Assembly: GCF_006345805.1 (NCBI RefSeq) | Contig: NW_021836587.1 | Span: 1-23,761 of the forward strand | Source of the DNA: Octopus sinensis | Lineage: Eukaryota | DNA length: 23,761 nucleotides | Direction: 5' to 3' | In this document: piece after piece, positions 1 to 9,661 of the stretch | How the letters are laid out: each line of letters starts with the position of its first letter | Position numbering within the stretch: the stretch's first letter is position 1 | Program-made: the position numbers and the translations under genes | The notes under the pieces: model-generated | Seen by the model: the letters and a program-made list of their open reading frames with translations, nothing else | Told to the model about the DNA's origin: nothing | The model's database searches: none

Positions 1-2
1 TC

Positions 3-556
3 CGCCTCCCTTTTCCCCTCACTTACCACCCTACCTCTCCAACGCACCATTCTTCGAGCTTCCGGCATCTCCAGTCCGACCCGTCCACTTCACACCTCTT
101 CCCTAACTGACCACTCCCCTCCTTTAAACGAGCCCATAACCTATGAGACCTTGGTCTACAGCTTCTTCCCTGACCCTACCTCCCAGCCTGGCTTGTTCCC
201 CTGCTCCCGCCCACGTTTCCGCATTTGCCCTTACCTCGCCAACACAACCCTCCTCACCGGCACCCATCATCGACTCCTTCACTTGCACCTCCAGCAATAT
301 CATCTATTGCATCTCCTGCTCTCTCTGCCATTCCCTGTACATCGGACAAACGGGACGCCGCTTGGCTGACCGGTTCGCAGAACACCTTCGAGACATCCGC
401 CTCGCCAATGAAACACCAGTCTCATGCCATTTCCGCTGAACCGGTCACTCCTTGCAACACCTGTCTGTGTTCGGATTGTCCCTGTACAGATTCCTGTTTG
501 CACCGTGAACAGGGATTAATCTTCTCTCTTCGCTCTTTTACGCCATTTGGCTCAAC
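3..556 (+). pseudogene. Decayed Penelope-like ORF (GIY-YIG endonuclease and Cys-rich linker)
   Basis: IYCISC...YIGQTGR..ADRF.EH motif. In-frame stops (108-110, 143-145 region, 437-439) and at least three frameshifts. The ORF-track fragments 143-439, 151-369 and 225-1076 each hold one piece. Confidence 0.9.
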
Positions 557-990
557 TCTCCCCCCTTTTCATCTAACCTACCCCCGACTCCTACTTCTCT
601 TCAGTCCTTCATCTTTTCACCCCTACTCCTTTCCCTTCTTTCTACTTCCCTCTTCCCCTTCTCTCTGCTCCCTCTCTCCCCCTCCTCATCTCCCCCTCAC
701 TCTCCCACAACTCCCAGCTGAACCCACACCCCACATGGGCTTTCCCCACCTCCCAACATCACACCACACTACACTACACAACATTACACATCACATCACA
801 CCGCCCACATTACACATCACATCACACCACCCACACACCCATCCCCACATCTTTACACCTACACATACATACACATATCATATTACAACACACCACCCAC
901 CCCCATATTTCCATACCCATACATACATACACACGTCCAGACCACCAGCCCTCTTTCACACGCACATACATACTCTCTTATACACACATG
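556..990 (+). repeat. CT-rich then CA-rich low-complexity tract inside the Penelope-like 3' UTR
   Basis: Direct composition: pyrimidine tract about 556-720, CA/ACAT-rich about 730-990. Confidence 0.85.
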
Positions 991-1160
991 CACCTTCGTG
1001 TTGGGGCCACCTTCGTTTTTGGAAGTCACTTGACCCTGTTATCTCTCCTACTATCCCTCTAGTGTCTAACGTCTGACCTCTGACCTCTGCCTGAAGCCAG
1101 AACGCCATGATAGACCGTTAGCTCCTACACGCATTTCTTCTCTCGTTTCTTTTCTGTGTA

Positions 1161-1198
1161 TCTTTCTGTCGAAGAGTGTAGGCTCGAAACATAAAAGA
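1161..1198 (+). ncRNA. Degenerate minimal type I hammerhead ribozyme motif (copy 1)
   Basis: TCTTT-CTGTCGA-A-GAGT(gtag)GCTC-GAAAC-AT-A-AAAGA. Stem I is TCTTT/AAAGA and stem II is GAGT/GCTC. The core deviates from CUGANGA at A6, and the GUH triplet reads AUA. Confidence 0.65.
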
Positions 1199-1296
1199 CT
1201 TGTTCTATTTCTATTCCTGAGCGCCATACTAATACATTTGTTTGTTTGTACTCCACCTGCCTTCGTCTTTTGTTTATTTTCGTAAACCTTCCTGTT

Positions 1297-2290
1297 ATAC
1301 ACATACACGCACATAAGCGCACACACGCACACGCATGTACATTACGCCCACACAACTCCAAAACCCCCCACACACACATGCATACATTCACACACACATA
1401 CACATACATTCATACATACACATACATACACAAACACACACATACACACACACACATACATACATACACACACACATACATACATACACACATACATACG
1501 GGGTTGGCTGTATTGCAGGCGTGCGTCAGTGTATGTGTGTTGTGCCTGTGGATTCACATACACACACAGCAAAATTGTTTTCCATCAATCTTTCAATTAT
1601 AAAGTGTGTGCTTGCATACATATATATATACACATATATAAACCTCTACATTTGTACACACACGCACATGTATACATACATTCACTCGCACGCACGTACA
1701 CACACACGCACACATATACATACAATACACGCACACACATACACACGTACAAACACACACACCAGCACAGATGCCCACATATACCTCCAACAAACAATAT
1801 TCATACAGATACGCACACATTCATACACACACGCACGTAAGCGCACTCATGCACACAAGCACATTACGCATATACAACTCCAAAAAAACCCCACACACAT
1901 ATACATACACACAATATATGCCTACACGCGCACATACACATATGTATACACATATAGGCACAGACACACACACATACGCACGCACACCTATGCACACACC
2001 CAAAACTCACAACCCCACGGATCCACGCATATACATCCATATACGCTTACACACACACACATACAAACACACACATACACGCACACACATACACACACAA
2101 ATGCACCCACACATACATCCCATACACACGGCACACAATTATACATACATATATATACACACATACGCACGTACAAGCACACACACACTAAGTAAAGCAC
2201 AGTTATTCACCAAGCACCCAAACTCTAGGCATACACATACGAACACACGCATACACACACGACACATATACATACATGCACACACACACA
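1297..2290. repeat. Complex (CA)n/(CATA)n microsatellite field
   Basis: Direct observation. It generates the H/T/Y and V/C/M-rich artefact ORFs of the track. Confidence 0.95.
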
Positions 2291-2722
2291 CATACTTCAA
2301 TGACTGACCTGTGGCAGGGACAAAAACACCACTCCTTATTCTTACAAACTAGCCAGCTACTAGCCTGCTGTTTACAGCTACAACCACACACACACACACA
2401 CGCACACACCTACACCTACACACACATTCCCCCTCCTACATTCTGCTGTCTTTGACCATACTACTCTTCTGTCTTTGAAAACATCTTTCTTCACCCTTTC
2501 TCCTTCCAGTCTTTCAAAATGTGACCTCATGTGTACCATTGGTGATTTTTTCCCTCTGTCTTCCCTTCTCTGGATCTTTCCATCTCCTATGTTTCCGACG
2601 AAGAGCTCCGCTCGAAACGTTAAACCCTCCTTCTTCCCTTCTTTCCTGAGCGTCCAATAATACTATATTTGTTCCACGTCCTTGTGTTGTTGTGTTTTTT
2701 TGTGTTTTCGTTTGGATTAACT
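2290..2722 (+). mobile_element. Second Penelope-like terminal (pseudo-LTR/3' UTR) module, related subfamily
   Basis: Same architecture as 990-1297: pyrimidine-rich segment, hammerhead-like core, then the shared TTCCTGAGCG (2643-2652 vs 1214-1223) and a T/GT-rich end. The 5' boundary is uncertain. Confidence 0.6.
2591..2625 (+). ncRNA. Minimal type I hammerhead ribozyme-like motif (copy 2)
   Basis: GTTT-CCGACGA-A-GAGC(tcc)GCTC-GAAAC-GT-T-AAAC. Stem I is GTTT/AAAC, stem II is GAGC/GCTC, and stem III is the palindrome ACGT. The core has U4>C and the triplet is GUU. Confidence 0.7.
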
Positions 2723-2879
2723 TTATATATATATATATATACATATATTTATATATATACATACATTTATATATACATATATACACATATATGTACATAC
2801 ATACATATATATATACATATATACACATATATGTACATACATACATATATATATATATATTATATATATATATATATAT
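2723..2879. repeat. (TA)n/(TACA)n microsatellite
   Basis: Direct observation. Confidence 0.95.
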
Positions 2880-3063
2880 GGTGGCACGTAAAAAGCACCC
2901 ACTACACTCACGGAGTGGTTGGCGTTAGGAAGGGCATCCAGCTGTAGAAATATTGCCAGATAAGACTGGAGCCTGGTGCAGCCTTCTGGCTTCCCAGATC
3001 CCCGGTCGAACCGTCCAACCCATGCTAGCATGGAGAACGGACGTTAAACGATGATGATGATGA
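2880..3063 (+). mobile_element. 5'-truncated SINE/short retroposon with (TGA)n tail
   Basis: Clearly homologous to 10010-10203 (GGTGGCACGTAAAAAGCACCCACTACACTC..GGAGTGGTTGGCGTTAGGAAGGGCATCCAGC..., 3' stem-loop, TGA tail). It resembles octopus SINEs as I recall them, which is unverified. Confidence 0.85.
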
Positions 3064-3199
3064 TATATATATACACACACACACATGCAGACATATTATA
3101 ATGTCTCAATACATATGTTGTAATTAGACAATACTTAAACCTGCAGCCAGCACACAATTCAGGACTGGTGCCCAACATACTGAGACTTAACAGGCACAC

Positions 3200-3760
3200 T
3201 TTCAACACAAGACAATGTAAAATATCTAGAGGAACTCACACTTTACATAACAATAAAATACTAACTCTAGACAAACACCTAACGCCACAGTCTAATGTTC
3301 ACCACTCATATATTACAATATAGCAACAGGAGCCAAGAAAACACTTGACATTCTTAAATCTCTAACATCAAGCACTTAAGGGAGATGCAAAGAAACAATT
3401 AGTACATAGAAAACAATTCTTTCACCCATGTTGGAATATACAAACACTATTCATTTCATTTCCTTCATAACAATCTTGAACAAAAATATACAATAACCCC
3501 ACACACCTCCAGTCTTGATGTTCTAGCCACACAATCAGCAATTCAAGCTAACAAGGAAGTCTGAATGAGGTCACTATGACCTACATGTAATAGCAGCTAC
3601 ATCCCACTCATCTTGATACAAACTTATTTGGGACTAAAGAAAAACAAAATGTGCAATAAAGACTAGCACCAACCCCACATTATCTCACTATCTGTACACA
3701 AAGAATACACTAGCACCTCTAAACACATACAATGCCCACAAGACACTTAGGCATAATTTT
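3200..3760 (+). mobile_element. Highly decayed non-LTR retrotransposon RT thumb/C-terminal region (I-group-like)
   Basis: VKYL at 3217-3228. The stretch 3332-3451 translates AKKTLDILKSLTSST*GRCKETIST*KTILSPMLEYTNTI, matching the L.ILK.L....WG..KET....YK....P.LEY pattern. Boundaries are approximate. Confidence 0.65.
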
Positions 3761-4661
3761 AATGAAGACATACAAACATACATAACAAAAAAATCTCCAA
3801 GTTAATGGGAGCAGATATTTCTGCTGGAATGAGGTAACAAATGGATGGGAAAGAAGTTCTCTAATGATCATCAATATTCTGGGAATGATGTTGATGGATA
3901 TATGAGTATATGAAATATTATGTCAGTAAGGAGCCATTGGCTGGTTTGTACAGTTCTTATAGAAAAGGTTTAAATGAATATGCTGTTACAAAAGTTATTT
4001 CTAGGGACAAGCATGACTGAATACTTAAGAAGTTTACTTTGAATTCATGAAGTACTACTTTCCATCTCTTTGTATGGCATTTGTCAAGTGTTTTCAGTCA
4101 AAGTTTTATGACAAAAACTAGATACATGGAAAATGTTTGGAAGCCACTGGGTGGATTGTACTGAGCTGTAAAAGTTCAACCTCAACATATGCTGTATATT
4201 GTTTTGTCTGAAGATTATGTTAAGAGTATAAATGTCTGTGGTATGACCAGTTACTTACAAGATGGACTGGTATCTATAAGTGAAAGGCCAACCTTGTTAC
4301 ACACAATATCACACTAAGTCTGAGTGAGGGTTCTGTTAAAGGCACAAATGACTACAGAATACTCAACCACTTACATTGTAATACAAAGCTGAAGGGTACC
4401 TGAAATTCAAAGGGTCAGCCCTAGCATGCAATATTACACTTATTCAGTTTGAGGATTAAATTAAGGATACAGGTGGTACATTCATGCACTTACATTATAA
4501 TTCAATGAGTAGAAAGTTCCAGTAAAACTGATGATAAATTCATTTATCTTTAGGTATTCTATGTATAGGATTCAAGCATCTATGGAACATAATGTTTAAA
4601 ATGTAGCTATAGAAACAACACAAATCAACAACTAAGAAGATTTTTAATAATAGTAATATAC

Positions 4662-4772
4662 CATCTGTAAAATAATGACTGATGGCATCTAGATCCCACA
4701 TTATTTCTCCGGTTTGTCCACCAGTGATACCACGGATCTTGATGTCCCAGAACCGAGAGGAATTGCTTTCAT
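4662..4772 (-). CDS. Candidate internal coding exon (111 nt, phase 1-1) of an unidentified host gene
   Basis: Strong acceptor ttttcatttctatttcag|, donor ATG|gtatat, GC higher than the flanks, and only one open frame: (D)ESNSSRFWDIKIRGITGGQTGEIMWDLDAISHYFTD(G). The protein is not recognised. Confidence 0.5.
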
Positions 4773-5614
4773 CTGAAATAGAAATGAAAACAACAAGCTT
4801 TAATAGCTAATTTTAAAAACATAATCAATGCAGTACATTCATAAAATAACTTCGATATTATGTTTAAAATTTATGAACTCTTGTAATAAATTCAAAAGGA
4901 ATTACACCTATCTTGTTCCTTACCTGCCTCACTATAATTAGCATGACAGGTCATACAAAATCAATCTAAGTAGTAAACTAAATTCCATAAAAGACTGCTA
5001 ACCATGATGGCCATCCTGTGCTTTCTGTCAAATAGTGTAACTACCTGATAGAAACATGTTTTTAAAATGATGGTAGGATGTGATTTACAGAAGGGTTATT
5101 GCTGTTTCTAGCAAGTTGAGTAACTGCAAAAAAGCTGTTGGTTTGTATCTATAGTGCTTGACATGATGATTATAGTATGGTAAAGCCAGGAAAATGTAAT
5201 TACAGTTACTGTTACAGGCAAATTTTGTCAAGAAATTATTTCCTTCTGAAAGTGATTGCCACAAGGTGCATGTTGTCAAAATATATACTGGAGTTTGTAA
5301 ATATCCATTTATATTAGTATATGTACATTTTTATATATGTAGGAAGAGAAGCATGAATAACGAAATTCTTTTTTAGGTTAAAGAAATGAAGATGCATTTA
5401 ATTTCAGATGAGAAGAGTTGCAGTCACAGCCCTTGAGAAGATTGCTAAATGAAAGAAGGCTATATGGTGGGATGATCAGTTGGTCGAGGGCTATAGTTTG
5501 CTGAGAGTTTTTCAAAAGTGGAATGTATCCAGGAAATAGAAAAAGTAAAAAGTTGGAGACTGTAGTGTTATTCTATAATAGTAAAATGAAACAGACTATT
5601 TCGTAGAGGGGTGG

Positions 5615-5855
5615 GGGAAGAGATAGAGGAAGGGAGGGGAGAGGGGAGGGAGGGAGAGAGAGAAAGAAAGAGAGACTGCAAGAAATGAGTGGAGGATCCA
5701 CAAGTGCAGAATGATTGTTTGTTTAAATCTAGTTGGTAGGGAAGTCGGTGACGTGAGTAGCAGATGCAGCCTCAGAAGCTAGTATACAAGCTGTTAAAAG
5801 GATAATGACCCAGCACTGGGAGAGAGAGAGGGAGAGAGAGAGAGAGAGAGAGAGT
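5615..5855. repeat. Purine-rich (GA/GGA)n tracts
   Basis: GA-rich tract 5615-5675 and (AG)n 5820-5853. Confidence 0.85.
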
Positions 5856-6990
5856 ATATTTAACATGATAATGAAAGGTCCAGCATTTCAATGCTAACTG
5901 GATTTGTGCCTTGAAAAATATAAATGACAACATAAAATGGATTTAAATTCTATATTTTAACCAGCATAACAAATCTTTTGAAAAAACAAACAACAAAAAC
6001 AAGTATTTGAAATGAAGTATATATGTAGATTAAGGTAGTTACACATTCAGAATGCCAGCTGTTTCGACAGCTTAGGATTCTAAAGTACATAAAAAACACT
6101 AATTAATATATAATATATTTTAATGGCTTATAGTTAGTTGGTTCATTCTTGAACACTGAGATAGTTGTATGAATTGAAGTAGATTTTTTATAACTGGATG
6201 ATAAGCCACTTACCCATGAACAAGCTTGGTTGGCTAGAATAAAGTAATTTGGCTAACAGCAAAATAACATGTCTGTGGAAGAGCTTTGAACTGATGACCT
6301 CTGCACCTCAAGCACTCAGCTACTGCAGTATTAATAGTGCAGCAGCTGAGTGCTTATTGAGAGAAAATCAATATACTAGATTGGCCTTAACAAATTCAAG
6401 GAATTTTGCACTTGAGAAAATATAAATGGTAAACACTATGGCTGCATTGTTATTGAATGTGTGCCAAAATACAATAAAGTTTTAGAGAGCTAGAAGCAAT
6501 CTTTATATATCTTGGTAAGACATCACTATTAAGTTGTGCTTTACAGCTGGATAGGAAGATGATGGTTTCTGCTTAACTACTGATTTCATAATATAATGTT
6601 AATTGTTGTTACTGCTGAGTAGACTTATGAAATGGAAGAAAATGATAAAACTGCTGAGCATAATTAACAAGTGAAATATCCCCATGAGATATGCCAAACT
6701 TTCAGGGACTACTCTCTACTCAGTTGTATGAATATGTTGTGGCTATTTGCCAATTTTCAATATCAACTATTTTATCCAAGCTCCTTAGACAAAATATTTG
6801 ACAACAGAAAGAGTAGTAATTTGAGAGTACAACTTGGATCATTATGTATAGTTTACTGAGTCCTGTGTCTCAAAATCATTGCTTGTTGTTAATGTTTACC
6901 TGGCAGACTAATGACCCAGCAATGTGTTCCCATTTCTTATTCAGACACTAGGACTACAATATTTAATGTGTACTTTCTTTTTACTACCAG

Positions 6991-7257
6991 AGGGTGTAAT
7001 TTGAGAGAAATATGGCTGTTATTTTTAGCAGGTTGAAGGTTTGTCTAGAGGCTCCTATTGTAGTTTGAAATAGAGGGTGCAAGGTCATAGTAACAGTAGG
7101 AGGTGTATATATAATACTGATGTTGTTTAAATCCATGCTAGAGTTACAATCAAAGGCACCCTAGATGAGATTAACATGCCTGATTTGTCCCCAAATATGT
7201 CATTTAAGATACTAGGGTGTAGTTTGATAGACAATTGGCTATTATCTTTGGAAGGTT
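6991..7257 (+). repeat. Two degenerate copies of a 44-bp motif (6991-7034, 7214-7257), probably remnants of a small interspersed repeat
   Basis: AGGGTGTAATTTGAGAGAAATATGGCTGTTATTTTTAGCAGGTT vs AGGGTGTAGTTTGATAGACAATTGGCTATTATCTTTGGAAGGTT, about 80% identical by eye. Confidence 0.5.
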
Positions 7258-8380
7258 AAAATAACTACAGAAGAGGGTCTCTTTCTTGAATTTTTGAGAA
7301 AATGTTTGATAAAAATGTTTATATGCTGTTAATATAGAAATATTTATTACTTGCTGTTAGAGTTGTGAAATAGTATCATCTTTGTTAGAGTTGTGGCAGT
7401 TCGATATTTTTACTTTTTCTTTAGTGTTCTTTCACATGTTTTACTATAGAGTATATTTATGGAGAGAGAGATAGAGAGGCAACACCTAATCAATATTTTA
7501 GCAGTAACCCTGAGATGTTTTTTTTGTTGGATTCCTCTGAAACTTGTTTACAGTTGCTAGGTTGCACTCAATAAAATGATGCCATGAGCCTTCATTTTTT
7601 GAATAGCTAGCCAGAGGAAGAAGTACAGCATCCATGATCTTTTATGTAACTTCTAAGATTGGTGGTGGAAAGAGAGGAAGAAGTCATGACAACTACAGGT
7701 GCATTACAAAGTACAATGTCCCTCATGTTTACAATACATCAGTGTAGTAGGAAGCAGCTCATAAAGGTGTCAACTTAATTTTTCAGCTAGAGACTTGCTC
7801 TGAATACTTACAAGAGGCTTATAACAGACCTATAGGCCAGCTGGTGGTATGAAGCCAGGCAGCAGATTAAGTCTGCAATCCAAGAACAGACACAGTCCAT
7901 CCAATGGGCTACCACAGTTTCTGCCCACCTGATTTCATTTACAAGACTTAATTCAACCCACAGTTGAGAGAGAGGTGCTACACAATAGGAACTCAGAACT
8001 GTGCAATGTGAGTGGAGGAAGTGTTTTCTCTGTTTTCATTACACACTTTTGTAAAATGTACCTGTTTGGGATCACTGGTCAAGATTGCTCAATAGGATTT
8101 TGATAACTTGATTTTATTTTAAAATTTATAATTCAAACATGCCATTGTTAGCTAGAATTTTCAGTTATGCTTATTTCCAATCTTTAATATCTCTATTATA
8201 TAGTTACTACTGACTACTATCTGTTTCTATTCATTTTTGCCAAATGTATATAACTTGAAACTCTTTTGTACTCACAGTTCTTTTCAAATACGAGTCCCAT
8301 GTGGTTCAATTAATTTTGAAAGTAACCGAGAACTTGAAAAGATTTAGTAAAATAACTCTTTAAAAATTATAAATCTGACA

Positions 8381-8454
8381 TTTGGTATGTAAAAGATTCT
8401 TGCATAAAATTATGATGGGGTATCTTAATTTATATATATATACAATCATGGATA

Positions 8455-8492
<38 letters not shown>

Positions 8493-8660
8493 TATCCATG
8501 ATTGTATATATATATATAAATATATATATATGCTATCCATGGTTGTTTTGGGGAGCTGAAAAGTTTGGTATGTAAAAGATTCTTGCATAAAATTATGATG
8601 GGGTATTTATACACACACACACACACACTATCCATGATTGTTCTTGAGAAGTGAAAAGTA
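8381..8660. repeat. Local duplication with 43-bp perfect direct repeat and (TA)n-centred palindrome
   Basis: 8381-8423 is identical to 8564-8606. There is a 16-bp inverted repeat at 8441-8456/8491-8506. The motif CTATCCATG(A/G)TTG occurs four times, once inverted. Confidence 0.9.
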
Positions 8661-8679
8661 GCGAAGCCCTATCCCCAGG

Positions 8680-9264
8680 TTCAAAATTGTATAACATCTT
8701 GAGAAACTACTCTGAGCATCAAGACCAAGATCCATATATTGAACTGCTCTGTCTACTCTAAGTTAATATATGGAAATGAGACATGGTCTACAACATCAGA
8801 AATGAGAAGGTGCTTGGAGAGTTGTGATGTGTGGTTTTTAAAGAGAATATTGAGGAAAACATTGACAAAGTATCTAACGAAGAAGTGCATGACCCGGGCT
8901 GCAGCAAATAGGAAACTACTTTGTGAGATAAGGACCGAGCAACTGAGATTTCTTGGTCATGTGATGAGGAAAGAAGGCCTGGAAAAACTTAGCAATGACC
9001 AGAAAGATTGAAAGGAAAAGGAGCAGGCAAAGGAAAAGGATGATATGGATGTCAAGCTTGACAAAATGGCTGGAAGAAAAAAGCATTAAACATTAGGAGG
9101 TGGAACTGTTACAGAAAACAAAGAACAAGGAATTGTGGCAGAACATGATTGCCTATGCCCTATATTTTGGAGGAGGAGGAGGAGAGGAAGAAGAAAAAGA
9201 AAAAGAAGAAGAAGAAGAAGAATGAACATTTTAAGAAGAAGAAGAAGAAGAATGAACATTTTAA
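8680..9264 (+). mobile_element. RTE-clade LINE, 5'-truncated 3' fragment with (GGA/GAA)n tail
   Basis: ...LSIKTKIHILNCSVYSKLIYGNETW...LESCDVWFLKRILR...QLRFLGHVMRKEGLEKL, then frameshift to KIE.KR...W...LWQNMIA. This is the typical RTE RT C-terminal domain. Confidence 0.88.
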
Positions 9265-9661
9265 AACAGCTAGCTTTGGTAACAGAGAACCAGAAGTAAT
9301 CTCAAGCAGGTTAGATAAGTTGATTTTACAAGAAATACTTTGTAAGAAACTGTAGAAATAGGATAAAACATATTGACTTATTTTAGATGCTTACATTAAG
9401 TTTCATAGATTCTAGTAAAAAAAAAAAAGACATAAAAAACAAATTTAAATGTGAGAAAAGCATAATATAATTATAGTTCATAATGTGTAAATAAATTGTT
9501 CTGGTTATTAACTGAGTTACATAGTGATGTGGATACAGTAGAAGATTGAGTTAAGTCATCACCTACTTTCAGTTTCAAGTTGAATCTCTTTATACTAATT
9601 CCATTAGTAATGTTTCTAAGAAGAATGTGAATATCCTAAAATTTCACTTCTCTTAAAATTT

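Larger units (their letters stand above)
1..1297 (+). mobile_element. Penelope-like retroelement (Neptune-type) 3' portion: RT C-terminal/linker, GIY-YIG endonuclease, microsatellite-rich 3' UTR and pseudo-LTR-like end; starts upstream of the window
   Basis: Frameshifted translation: LTYHP...FRHLQSDP...PLPSFKRAHNL*DL / LVYS...PGLFPCSRPRFRICPY (Cys-rich linker) / FTCTSSNIIYCISCSLCHSLYIGQTGRRLADRFAEH (GIY-YIG with internal CxxC) / REQGLIFSLRSFTPFG (typical C-terminus). A hammerhead-like motif lies downstream at 1161-1198. The 3' boundary is approximate. Confidence 0.85.

Noticed and set aside
1125-2409. Long H/T/Y- and V/C/M-rich ORFs
   Set aside because: They are translations of (CA)n/(TG)n microsatellites, which lack stop codons.
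4924-5044. 121-nt minus-strand exon with good splice sites (atcag| ... CAG|gtaagg)
   Set aside because: All three frames contain stops. It could only be a UTR or start exon (MTCHANYSEA), and nothing else supports that.
5745-5756. CRE-like TGACGTGA as a promoter element
   Set aside because: It is a single short motif with no TSS or other support, and is expected by chance.
6214-6233. 20-nt minus-strand microexon (also 7812-7872 and 5208-5287 candidates)
   Set aside because: Only splice-like dinucleotide contexts are present. These are frequent by chance in AT-rich DNA and give no coherent reading-frame chain.
9149-9355. Poly-Glu/Lys ORF
   Set aside because: It is the translation of the (GGA/GAA)n tail of the RTE fragment.
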